DNA of 64,000 nucleotides from a virus (Duplodnaviria; Caudoviricetes): IMG/VR virus record IMGVR_UViG_3300005264_000006, positions 1,831 to 65,830 of that record; one strand, 5' to 3'. Shown piece by piece: positions 18,091 to 27,368 of this stretch (position 1 is its first letter; each line of letters starts with the position of its first letter). The notes under the pieces were generated by a model. It saw only the letters and a program-made list of their open reading frames with translations, ran no database searches and was not told where the DNA came from. The position numbers and the translations under genes were made by a program.

Positions 18091-19185
18091 TTGATATAAC
18101 TTGGCTTAATAACTTCGGTCCCAATGGATATATTAATAGGTTAAACCTATAATACCATAAATGGTATTTGTGGCAGAGGTTATGTTAAAATTCTTCAAGA
18201 ACTCGGTTATAATGTAAAGATATATCCTTATCCTTATATGAATGAAAACGACGAATTGTTTCCTTTAACAAAAACTAAAGTAGAAAATCCTTTAGACGTG
18301 TATCATGCGATTCCAACAGTTTTAAAAGAAGCATTCTATACTGTGACCGAAGTTAGAAATCCACCTGACTTCATGGCTTACCCGTTAAAAAAAGCAAAAA
18401 TTATTTTGACACAATCTAAATTTTGTAAAGAGTCGTTTAGTAAGGTTACCGACCCTAAGAAAATACATGTAATTAATTTTCCGTTTTTTAAAGGTCAGTT
18501 TGAACCTGTTGGTCCACAATATAAGTTACACATAAAAAAGAAACATAAGTTTAAATTTTTTAGTGTAGCAAGAGTAGATGTAAGAAAGAACGTAGATACA
18601 TTAATGAGAGCATTTGCTGAAGTATTTGGTGATAATGAAGATGTTTGTTTAATAATGAAATTAGGAAGTGATAGATATTGCATTCCTAAAATGTTTTACG
18701 AATTAAATCTTCCTAAAAACATATATTGGATGACAGAATATGTTGAAGACACATCAATGCTTTATAGAGCAATGGATGCTTATGTTACCGCAGATTGTGG
18801 AGAAGGATGGGGAGCTCCAACCACTGAAGCTTTGTTATGTGGGATTCCAACAATAGCTCCCAGACATTCCGGTCATCTTGATTATATGAATGACGATAAT
18901 TCTTTCTTAGTAGATGTTGGTGACTGGGAATATATCGGTTATAGAAAAGATAATCTTTATCCGGATTTGTTAGCACCGCAATTAGAGTGGAAAAGACCAA
19001 AAATTGAGTCATTAAAAGAACAGATGTGGGATTGCTATCAAAAATTTAAAGATAGGAGTAGAGAATCGATATTAGAAGATCCTCTCATTAAGAATGGATT
19101 AGAAGTAAATAAAATAGTGAACAAGGAATATATAGGAGAACAATTAAAACAAGCTTTTTCGTGGTACGAAACTGAATACAGGTGA
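18087..19185 (+). CDS. GT-B (GT4-like) glycosyltransferase, spliced: join(18087..18129,18161..19185), 355 aa
   Basis: ATG overlaps the upstream stop; the spliced N-terminus reads MIDITWLNNFGPNGYGICGRGYVKILQELG; RKNVD, EGWGAPTTEALLCG. Confidence 0.85.
18130..18160 (+). other. 31-nt archaeal bulge-helix-bulge (BHB) mRNA intron
   Basis: cca-ATGG-at^a-tatt..hairpin..aata-CCAT-aa^a-tgg: a 4-bp helix with two 3-nt bulges. Canonical cuts remove 31 nt and restore the frame. Confidence 0.85.
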
Positions 19186-19325
19186 TTATTATACAAAAGG
19201 GAATTTATGAAAACTGTGGAATGATTTGTGAGAAATCTGAATTTCATACTATATCTGGGAAACATAAAAGGAACGTAAATAATTATATAGAACTATGTAA
19301 TTCGTGTCATAAAGTTAGTAGATGA
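19182..19325 (+). CDS. Tiny HNH-like protein (47 aa, possibly degenerate)
   Basis: GTG overlapping the upstream TGA; ENCG..CEKSEFH...NVNNYIELCNSCH. Confidence 0.55.
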   Translation: MIIIQKGIYENCGMICEKSEFHTISGKHKRNVNNYIELCNSCHKVSR

Positions 19326-19335
19326 GGTTTAAATA

Positions 19336-21447
19336 ATGCCGAGAGAAAAAATAAGATTAACACAGGAACAGATAGATGATGCCAAAGCTCAATATAAAAC
19401 TTACACTGCTCAAGCAAAATATTTAGGAGTAAGTGATGATGTTTATAGGCGTGAAAGAAAACGACTATTAAGGAGGAAGAGCTTTGATGATAAAGTAAAA
19501 TATTTAACAGAAAGAGATCCAAAATTAGAATTAACAAAAAAAAGAACGATAGAAGCTCTAAAAAAGGAGTGCGAAAGTGTTTACGAAAGATCAAGAAAAA
19601 CAATAGGATATAATGAAGTTACTTTTGATCTAGGAGACGATGATTGTGCTGTTAAATTAGATTGTGATTGGCATATCGGTAATGAGATGACAAACTTACC
19701 AAGGTGGGCAGAAGACATAGAAATTACAATTAAAACACCTAGGCTGTTTACAATATTAAATGGAGATTATACTGATAATTTAGATGCAATTAGTAAAGGA
19801 TACGAATCCTTAATAACTGTGCCAGAAGCCAAAAATAAAGTTAAGGATGCTGTTATGATGATGGGTAGGAAAGTTCTTGGAACAATTCAGGGTTGTTTCT
19901 TAGAAGGAACACCAGTTGTAGCAGATGATTATACAATGAAACCAATTGAAACAATTGAAAAAGTACTTGGTAGTGATAAAACATACAATGTAAAAAAACA
20001 CTGGAACGATAATTATACAAAAGATGGAATATACAAAATTTCTTATATGGGTAATACAGTGTATAGCATTCATGCGACAGCAGATCACCCATTTTATGGA
20101 ATAAAACGAAAAAATTTAATTTGTCCTTATAGAAAAAACAATAGATTTTGTAAAGGCATTAACTCAAGAAATAGTGCATATTGTAAAAAATATTGTAAAG
20201 AAAAACCAAACATGGATTTAGACGTAATACTATCGGAAAATTTAGAAATAGGAGATTTCTTATATATTCCAAAACCAAAAGATCCAAGAGGAAATAAGTT
20301 TACAATGGAAGATATGGAGATTTTTGGGTGGTATTTGGTAGAAGGCTCGTTGACCGTGACAAAAAATGTAGTTTTTAGTTTTGGAATAAAAGATTTAAAA
20401 TATGCTAAAAGAATAAAAAAATTAATAAAAAAAGGTCATTCAAATAAAATTTCTTCTATTTCACTTAAAAAAAGAAAAAACAAAAATGTATATACCTTAT
20501 ATGTCGGTGGAAGAGATTTTGCAAATTGGATTTATAAATATTGTGGAAGACATTCACATTCTAAAAAATTGCATATAGATGTAATCAATGAATCTAACGA
20601 AAAATTAGCTAAACTTGTTGATTGTTTTAGATTAGGAAATGGTCACACTAGAGATAACAATGGTTTAGATATAACTTTGACAACAATTTCAGAAGATTTA
20701 GCTTGGCAATTGTGGAATATTCTTCTTAGAATCGGAGAATTTGCTTCAATAAGAAAACAAGATAGATCAAAAATGTCCAAAAATTATAAGATAAATGGAC
20801 ATGTTGTAAAACACAACTATGATTTTTTTGCTATAAATTATAGACCACATAGAAAACAGTTTAAATTCTGTGAAACGGAAAAGGGATATTTTGTTCCAAT
20901 AACAAAAATAGAATTTGAAGAGTATGAAGGAAATGTTAAAAATTTAACAGTAAATTCAATTGAACATTTAATTAGACCTTGTGGTGTGATAGTCAGCCAA
21001 TGCCACGATGAGTGGTTCTTCAAACAAGATTCATGGGACATTTCTCAATATTTAGCCGATCATTCTGATGGATATTGGCTTGGTTTTAGAGGTAAATTAA
21101 ATCTAAAAGTAGGTGAACAAACATATAAAATCTACACGAGACATAAGTATAGAAGACATTCAACCGATAATTTAACATGGGGCATGTTATACAAGTTTAG
21201 AAAGTTAAAAGAACCTGTTGATATTATGATGAGCGGTCATCACCATCAACCGACCATAAGAGTAGCTCACGATAGAGGTCAAATAGTTTATTTAGCAATG
21301 GGTGGTTCTTATAAACCGTATGATAGGTTCATAGAACATAGAGACATAGATGAAGGCGTGGCTTTAATGCCCGCTTTCTACTTACGTTCTGACAAGCACG
21401 ATATAACCCCATTTATAGATTTCAGATCAATATCTGATTATCTATAA
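19336..21447 (+). CDS. Calcineurin-like metallophosphoesterase with N-terminal HTH, intein-containing
   Basis: DWHIG, NGDYTDN, QG|CHD (GNH-equivalent) split by an intein, RHKY, SGHHH. Confidence 0.88.
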   Translation: MPREKIRLTQEQIDDAKAQYKTYTAQAKYLGVSDDVYRRERKRLLRRKSFDDKVKYLTERDPKLELTKKRTIEALKKECESVYERSRKTIGYNEVTFDLGDDDCAVKLDCDWHIGNEMTNLPRWAEDIEITIKTPRLFTILNGDYTDNLDAISKGYESLITVPEAKNKVKDAVMMMGRKVLGTIQGCFLEGTPVVADDYTMKPIETIEKVLGSDKTYNVKKHWNDNYTKDGIYKISYMGNTVYSIHATADHPFYGIKRKNLICPYRKNNRFCKGINSRNSAYCKKYCKEKPNMDLDVILSENLEIGDFLYIPKPKDPRGNKFTMEDMEIFGWYLVEGSLTVTKNVVFSFGIKDLKYAKRIKKLIKKGHSNKISSISLKKRKNKNVYTLYVGGRDFANWIYKYCGRHSHSKKLHIDVINESNEKLAKLVDCFRLGNGHTRDNNGLDITLTTISEDLAWQLWNILLRIGEFASIRKQDRSKMSKNYKINGHVVKHNYDFFAINYRPHRKQFKFCETEKGYFVPITKIEFEEYEGNVKNLTVNSIEHLIRPCGVIVSQCHDEWFFKQDSWDISQYLADHSDGYWLGFRGKLNLKVGEQTYKIYTRHKYRRHSTDNLTWGMLYKFRKLKEPVDIMMSGHHHQPTIRVAHDRGQIVYLAMGGSYKPYDRFIEHRDIDEGVALMPAFYLRSDKHDITPFIDFRSISDYL
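19894..21000 (+). mobile_element. Intein (369 aa) ending in Gln, with LAGLIDADG domain and Cys-rich insert
   Basis: Begins CFLEGTPV, ATADHPF, FGWYLVEG, ends VKNLTV...IVSQ followed by Cys. Confidence 0.88.
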
Positions 21448-21479
21448 TTATTTATTTTTTCTTAAAAAAAGAAAATATA

Positions 21480-21500
21480 CTTTAAATAACTTAAAAAGAA
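21480..21500 (+). promoter_or_regulatory. Variant of the 21-nt viral promoter motif
   Basis: ctttaaataacttaaaaagaa, 18 nt upstream of ATG 21519; resembles the three minus-strand copies. Confidence 0.5.
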
Positions 21501-21576
21501 CATGTAGGTATAGGTAAAATGAAAAAAGTTTGCACGAAATATCAAAAAGAATCGACATCTCCACGAGATACCTAAA

Positions 21577-21843
21577 ATGAGTCTTGATATACGAAAATTA
21601 CGGAAAGAAGAACGGGTAGTCTTCAAACAAATGGTAAAAAAGTATACATCTTATGATAAAATAGATTTATTAATACACAAAACACTTAAATGTATGGGAA
21701 TTTCTAAAGAAGAATTCTTAAACCGAAAAGAAAAAAAGAGAAAAAAAGAGGATTTTATTAAGATTAACATACCGGATCAAGCCTTGTTTTTTTGTGATGG
21801 TGATAAATGTCAATTTGATCCTACTAAATTAGGGGCATGTTAA
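21577..21843 (+). CDS. Hypothetical protein with C-terminal FCDGDKC motif
   Basis: 88-aa ORF, last gene of the + arm. Confidence 0.6.
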   Translation: MSLDIRKLRKEERVVFKQMVKKYTSYDKIDLLIHKTLKCMGISKEEFLNRKEKKRKKEDFIKINIPDQALFFCDGDKCQFDPTKLGAC

Positions 21844-21874
21844 CTACTTCCAAAATCAACAAAAACTATCATTA

Positions 21875-21905
21875 TTTTCTTTTTTTTAATCTTTTTTTAT
21901 TTTTT
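21875..21905 (+). terminator. Oligo-T archaeal-type terminator between convergent arms
   Basis: Long T tracts right after the last + strand gene. Confidence 0.5.
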
Positions 21906-22107
21906 AATAAAAAATACTATTAAAAATTTTAACGAGCTGGACTTGTTTTAAAATATAGCTATTAGAAGAAGTTCTATATTATAAAAATATGATAGTTTGG
22001 GGATAAAAAAATCATCTTTTTCAAACGGGCTAGCTGAAAATGATATAAGAGATATAACTTTTTCTTCTAAAAACTATATTAAATCTCTTAATAGAATAAG
22101 AGATGAG

Positions 22108-22662
22108 CTATTCATACCACCAAAAATTATCTTCATACCTAACAATTCTGTTATAGATGGTAGATAATTTATCAATTGCTTTTTTTACTGTTGGCTTGTC
22201 ATAGTCATCACCGCAAATCATACTTCCAACAGGATACCATGCTTTTATATCTTTTAAAACAGATAAGTAATCATGTCTTGCGTCAATATAAATTAAGTCA
22301 GTTTTAATTCCCAATTTCTGAAATATAATTCCAACATCCGAGGAGTCGCCTTTAATGGGAATTATTTTATCTTGAAGGTTGCTTCTTATTACATTCGATA
22401 TGAATTGTTTTTGCGGAAACATGCAACCTCTTAAATTCATCGACCAATTATCAACAGCAAAAACCTTTTCTATTTCATTTTTTCTTGCTAAATGACAAGC
22501 GGTAAATCCTACAAAAGTTCCGACCTCCACGATTTTATGAATTGCCCCCGATGAAACTAACCCGTCAAATATATCATTATGATGCGAGAAGTTAACATCA
22601 TACCAATTTAATTTTTCAGGTGCTTTCTTTGGATATGTTATTATGCTTAATTTTTTTGTCAT
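22108..22662 (-). CDS. Class I SAM-dependent methyltransferase (Methyltransf_24-like)
   Basis: VEVGTFVGFT, AVDNW, DLIYIDARHDY, ICGDDY. Confidence 0.88.
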   Translation of the reverse strand: MTKKLSIITYPKKAPEKLNWYDVNFSHHNDIFDGLVSSGAIHKIVEVGTFVGFTACHLARKNEIEKVFAVDNWSMNLRGCMFPQKQFISNVIRSNLQDKIIPIKGDSSDVGIIFQKLGIKTDLIYIDARHDYLSVLKDIKAWYPVGSMICGDDYDKPTVKKAIDKLSTIYNRIVRYEDNFWWYE

Positions 22663-23344
22663 GTTTTTTATTCCACTTTCCCATTATTACATTAGCTTTG
22701 AAACAATGTTGACATGCTTTCCATACCGGTAAATTTCTCCAATCTTTTTTCCAATTAGGTGACATTTCAACGTGAACCGAACTATTAAGAAATTCTCTTT
22801 CTACACCCTCTGATAGACAACATCTATATAAATTTTTACCGACAATTCTTACTTGGTGAAAACATTTTTTTTCTACCGCCATTGCCTTTTTTACACTTAA
22901 ATTGGGATCGATATTTATATCCCACCAACCACCCCATCTGGAAATTCTTACATTTTTTACCTTACTAAATTTTTGTATTACTTCATCATTCCAACCGGGA
23001 TATTCTGAAATTCTCCAGGTCCAATCAAAAAATGTATCGTGATTAACATACGGTAATAATCTTCCATTTGTTGAAATTACTCTTCTATTTCTTGGCACGC
23101 GTTTAAATTTTAATTTAATCATATTAAGAATTTCATCTAAATTAGGATGACAAAGAGGTTCACCTCCTATAATAAGAATGTCTTTTATATCTTCCGGTTT
23201 AAAACATTTTAATATATCGTACATCTCTTTTTGGGTTACAAATTTAAAATCACTTGTAGAAATTCTATGACTACAATTCTTACACATTTTATCGCAAAGA
23301 TGGGTTATTTCAAATTCGGCTTTAGTTATCGGTATTATTCCCAC
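22616..23344 (-). CDS. Radical SAM protein
   Basis: ITHLCDKMCKNC, GGEPLCHP, STNG, C-terminal Cys cluster. Confidence 0.88.
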   Translation of the reverse strand: MGIIPITKAEFEITHLCDKMCKNCSHRISTSDFKFVTQKEMYDILKCFKPEDIKDILIIGGEPLCHPNLDEILNMIKLKFKRVPRNRRVISTNGRLLPYVNHDTFFDWTWRISEYPGWNDEVIQKFSKVKNVRISRWGGWWDINIDPNLSVKKAMAVEKKCFHQVRIVGKNLYRCCLSEGVEREFLNSSVHVEMSPNWKKDWRNLPVWKACQHCFKANVIMGKWNKKHDKKIKHNNISKEST

Positions 23345-23436
23345 CTCAACTGTCTACTTTTTTCATATCTTTCAATTTTTTTCTTCCACTTTTTTGGTCT
23401 ATTTGCGTATAAAAAAAATATTCCACCTGTAATCAT
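23335..23436 (-). pseudogene. 33-aa mini-ORF, possible collapsed gene
   Basis: MITGGIFFLYANRPKKW...LRWE; overlaps both neighbours. Confidence 0.35.
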
Positions 23437-24188
23437 ACACCGGCTCCTGTTGACATTATAATTTTCTTAAAATTTCTTGTAATTTCGGCTTTAGTATGAC
23501 GACTTTTATTGGATTTAAACATATCAATTCCATAATGATCCAGTTTTGTTCTCTTTGATTTTACCGGTACCACCCATCGAGCAACATTATTTTCTGCTAA
23601 AATCAGGTTAAACCAAAACTCATCATCGTATGGAACTCCGTATTCGTCATATTGTTGCCAATTAAATATTTCTTCCGTAAAATATTTTGGCTTTATAAGA
23701 CAACAATAACCTGTGGAAATAATATCACAACGAACAGGTTTTGATAAACCGTCACCATGAAACCATTTTTTAACCCAACTATTTGGATTATCGTTTACAT
23801 AAAAATTTCCGGCAGTTGCAATTACTCCGTCTAATTTTTTTTCCCATCTCAATAATGTTTGTATTGTTTCATCATGCCAGATATGATCATCATCGGTAAG
23901 AATAATGATTTGTTCCGGTTCATTCCAGTATTTTCTTAGTATAGGCATGAATTTTCTAAGTGCTCCTGTATTCGGAACGAAATGAATTTTAGTTCTAAGA
24001 CAATTAATGGTTGGTTTTTTATCAAATCCTTCGTCAAGATAAAACGGTTCCTTGCTTATGTAGACATGTATTTCATCCGGTTTTTTTGTTTGGTTATTTA
24101 AATTTCTAATTATTTTGCCCAAATTTTTTTCTCTTGCTTTAACTAATGCAAAAGAAACAACAACTTTTCTATTTCCAGTATTGCTCAT
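23433..24188 (-). CDS. GT-A (GT2-like) glycosyltransferase
   Basis: NQTKKPDEIHV, IILTDDD, DDEFWF. Confidence 0.82.
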   Translation of the reverse strand: MSNTGNRKVVVSFALVKAREKNLGKIIRNLNNQTKKPDEIHVYISKEPFYLDEGFDKKPTINCLRTKIHFVPNTGALRKFMPILRKYWNEPEQIIILTDDDHIWHDETIQTLLRWEKKLDGVIATAGNFYVNDNPNSWVKKWFHGDGLSKPVRCDIISTGYCCLIKPKYFTEEIFNWQQYDEYGVPYDDEFWFNLILAENNVARWVVPVKSKRTKLDHYGIDMFKSNKSRHTKAEITRNFKKIIMSTGAGV

Positions 24189-25188
24189 TTTCTTTAACCC
24201 ATTTTAAAAGTCTTTTAACTCCTTCATATGGGGAAACTTCCGGTTCCCATTGCAACCTTTTACATACATTTCTAATGTCAGAAATATATACATGTTGATC
24301 AAAAGGTCTAACCTTATCAAATTTTAATTTTATTGTTTTATTCATTTCTCTTCCTAGAAAAACTAACAATTCAAGTAAAGACATTGTATTATTAATTCCT
24401 CCACCCATTTGCATTACATTTATTCCCGTTATTTTTTTAGTGGCAAAAATTTTCATTGCATTAACTAAATCATCTATATATAATAAATCTCTTCTCTGAT
24501 TACCATCACCAAAAATTGTTACAGGTTTATCCAAATAGGTTGTTATTACAAAATGTGCAACCCAACCTTGATCTTCTACACCAAATTGTCTCGTTCCGTA
24601 TATACAAGACATTCTAAGAACTAATACATCAAAACCAAATGAGAAACCATATTCTTGAATATAATGATCGGCACATAATTTAGAACAACCATATGGTGAA
24701 TGACCTGTTAAATCAGTTGGTCCTAATGCTTCTCCCTTTGATGAAACTCTCTCACCAAAAACCTTGTTTGTTGAGGTAAATATAATAGCGGGTCTTAAAT
24801 TGGCTTGTCTTGCTGATTCTAATATATTCATTGTTCCTAAAGTATTTGTTCTAAAATCTTCATAAGGTTCATCCATTGAAGTTGTTACCGCCGTTTGACC
24901 GGCACAATGAACAATAACATCCGGCATGTATTTCATTACACTAAAACAATCATTAAAATTTCTTACATCGCCAACGACAAAGGTAATTTCATCGTATTGT
25001 TCTAAATATTTCTTGTTAATTTCACTACCCGATCTTGACATGTTATCAAATACAATTACTTCCTTACCTAATCTTGCAAATTCTTCGGCGACATGAGAAC
25101 CGATAAAACCGCAACCTCCCGTTACTAAAATCACTCCGCATTCCCTATCCGGAATTGGTTCCCTATATTTATGAAATTCATTTGTCAT
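24169..25188 (-). CDS. NAD-dependent epimerase, CDP-paratose 2-epimerase-like
   Basis: TGGCGFIG, STNKV, SPYGCSK, RMSCIYGTRQFGVEDQGWVAHF. Confidence 0.9.
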   Translation of the reverse strand: MTNEFHKYREPIPDRECGVILVTGGCGFIGSHVAEEFARLGKEVIVFDNMSRSGSEINKKYLEQYDEITFVVGDVRNFNDCFSVMKYMPDVIVHCAGQTAVTTSMDEPYEDFRTNTLGTMNILESARQANLRPAIIFTSTNKVFGERVSSKGEALGPTDLTGHSPYGCSKLCADHYIQEYGFSFGFDVLVLRMSCIYGTRQFGVEDQGWVAHFVITTYLDKPVTIFGDGNQRRDLLYIDDLVNAMKIFATKKITGINVMQMGGGINNTMSLLELLVFLGREMNKTIKLKFDKVRPFDQHVYISDIRNVCKRLQWEPEVSPYEGVKRLLKWVKENEQYWK

Positions 25189-25745
25189 TATTTATTTCTC
25201 CTATTATGTTTATGTGGAAATTTTTCATTTAATATTTTTAAATTTAAGAAAGGGCATAGCTTTTCATAACCATCCCCTTCTAATATGTTCATAACCAGTA
25301 AATCTTCCGGTCTATTTTTAAAGTATTGAAACACTTTATCGTGATAAGTAAGAAAACCTTCTTTATACTTTTCTCTATTAAACCATTTAGAACCATAAAG
25401 TATTTCTCTTATATATATTTGTTGGAATGTTAATTTTCCATCCTTTTGTTTTGCTTTTCCAAAAAACCACTTAGCAGATTTAAGCCAATCGTTTAAATTT
25501 CTCGTGGTTAATATAAATTTAGAATTAGGATAATGCTTGTCAAGTTTTATATAGTTAATAGAAACAGGTGTATCAGAAATTGCATCATTCTTATCAACAA
25601 CACTCCATAAGTTGGCTAATTTAGGATAATGGACGGACGTGAAACCTAATTTCTTTAGTGCTTCGTGCACGGAGAGAGTACCTGTTCTTGATAATCCTAT
25701 ACAAAATATTTTGTTAAAATCCTTCGAATTCATAATCTTTATCAT
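25188..25745 (-). CDS. Sulfotransferase family protein
   Basis: IGLSRTGTLS, PNSKFILTTR..WLKS, GYEKLCPFL..FPHKH. Confidence 0.88.
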   Translation of the reverse strand: MIKIMNSKDFNKIFCIGLSRTGTLSVHEALKKLGFTSVHYPKLANLWSVVDKNDAISDTPVSINYIKLDKHYPNSKFILTTRNLNDWLKSAKWFFGKAKQKDGKLTFQQIYIREILYGSKWFNREKYKEGFLTYHDKVFQYFKNRPEDLLVMNILEGDGYEKLCPFLNLKILNEKFPHKHNRRNK

Positions 25746-26712
25746 CTAAAATTAAATCCGTTGCTTTATTTAATTCTCTTTTAAAAACTTGAGGACTTGC
25801 TTTTTCTCTTGCTCTTATTTTATATTTATTTACCAGTTTTGGACTCCATTTTTCTATTGTTTTAACACAAAAATCATAGGCATTATTTACATCATAATTT
25901 GAAACGTCATATGTTAAATCCGGAAATAATTGTTCCATTGCTCCGTAAGTGTGGGTACCTATACAAATACAATTATTAAAAAGAGCTTCATAAATTACTC
26001 TTCCATAAGTCCATCTAAAAGCAAAATCAATCATTATTTTAGATTTAGAAGCAATTTTATGAAACTTCTTTTGACCATCAAGATTCTTTTTGTTTAATGT
26101 TGTATTGAAACCGCATTTATTATTATATTGTCTTGCATAAGAACAATCAATTAATATTCCATGAACATTATAACCAGCAGATTTTAACATCTCTCCTAAA
26201 TACAAAGTTTTTGTATAATTGTAGAAAAGTCTATCGTCCATCATTAATAAGAAATCAATAGGTTTTTCACCCATTGGTTTCTCATATTTCTTATCGTATA
26301 AAACTTGAGGAACTTTATTCACATGATAAGGAAAGAAATTATAATTCATTGGCATTTCCCATAAAAAGTTCTTACATAAATCACTCATCATTTTATAATG
26401 AGAAAAGGGTGTTCTGTCCGGATTATTGTCATAATGAGGCATGTTAGTTGCTCCGGTTCCACACGCAAATTTAAGCCAGGTTATATTTGTATTTTTTATA
26501 ATTTTTTTATAGAAAGGTTTGTATATTTTAAGTCCTCTATCTGACATATGAAAAATGAGGTTTTTATCCTTCCAAAATTTTATTGGCTTAGATTGTGCTT
26601 GTTTATAAGTAAGTCTTTTTGCATCTAAAACTTCCGGAAAAATGTTTGAAGGAAAAAATACATCGGGCACTCTACTTGCGTGTAGAGTGACAACAAACCA
26701 TTTACGAGTCAT
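25714..26712 (-). CDS. Putative GT-B-like glycosyltransferase
   Basis: SKIMID..TYGRVIYEALFNNCICIG resembles a GT-B C-terminal motif; cluster context. Confidence 0.6.
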   Translation of the reverse strand: MTRKWFVVTLHASRVPDVFFPSNIFPEVLDAKRLTYKQAQSKPIKFWKDKNLIFHMSDRGLKIYKPFYKKIIKNTNITWLKFACGTGATNMPHYDNNPDRTPFSHYKMMSDLCKNFLWEMPMNYNFFPYHVNKVPQVLYDKKYEKPMGEKPIDFLLMMDDRLFYNYTKTLYLGEMLKSAGYNVHGILIDCSYARQYNNKCGFNTTLNKKNLDGQKKFHKIASKSKIMIDFAFRWTYGRVIYEALFNNCICIGTHTYGAMEQLFPDLTYDVSNYDVNNAYDFCVKTIEKWSPKLVNKYKIRAREKASPQVFKRELNKATDLILDDKDYEFEGF

Positions 26713-27049
26713 TACTCATTCTTTTTATTTTTTCTGTTAGTTTTTCTATAAGTCTTTTGTTCTTTTCTCTTGTGTTTTGAATTGCCAATATAGATGCTTG
26801 TTTTTCGCTTGTTTTATCACCAAAAGATTGACCTGATCTTAAAGCATAAAGGTAATTTAATAAAACAATCCAACAACTAGGGCTAACAACCCAATTGTTC
26901 ATGTTTAAAGCCATGATAAACTGTAATAAGGCTATTAATGTTGAAAACAAGAGTGAGCCTATACTTATATATATTGTATCCGTGAATCTAATCTTTTTTG
27001 ACAGATCAATCACTATTTCCTTCTCTTCCTTTTTTGACATCACTATCAT
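26702..27049 (-). CDS. Small membrane protein (two hydrophobic segments; holin-like)
   Basis: IYISIGSLLFSTLIALLQFIMAL and WIVLLNYLYAL, followed by a charged tail. Confidence 0.55.
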   Translation of the reverse strand: MIVMSKKEEKEIVIDLSKKIRFTDTIYISIGSLLFSTLIALLQFIMALNMNNWVVSPSCWIVLLNYLYALRSGQSFGDKTSEKQASILAIQNTREKNKRLIEKLTEKIKRMSNDS

Positions 27050-27115
27050 CCTTCTCTTTTTTCCAGAAGTCTAATTTAAAGTCATGGTTTTGATTAGTTG
27101 TTATTATTTTCAATT

Positions 27116-27358
27116 TCATGTTATTTCCTCTTTTTTATTTTCTAAAATTTCCACGCGATTTTCGAGTTCTAAAAACACTTTATAACGCGTGTTTTTAAAT
27201 GAAACAAAATTAGTTGCTTTTTCTTCCAGTTTTTGACCGCAAGCGAAATCAACTCTTAAATCATCTATTTTCATGTATGAACCATCACTCAATATTGTTC
27301 CGTAACATTCAGGGTAATGGTTAAACTTGCAATTTTTACAAACTTCATGTTCTGTCAT
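27116..27358 (-). CDS. Cys-rich hypothetical protein downstream of the tail fibre
   Basis: CKNC..C..C motif; GGTGA RBS. Confidence 0.6.
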   Translation of the reverse strand: MTEHEVCKNCKFNHYPECYGTILSDGSYMKIDDLRVDFACGQKLEEKATNFVSFKNTRYKVFLELENRVEILENKKEEIT

Positions 27359-27368
27359 TTTATATCAC

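Noticed and set aside
21558-21570. Hairpin atctc/gagat as a BHB intron
   Set aside because: The flanks do not form the 4-bp helix.
22083-22104. Hairpin atctctta/taagagat as another BHB intron
   Set aside because: The central helix has a mismatch, there is no outer helix and no ORF is restored; more likely a terminator element.
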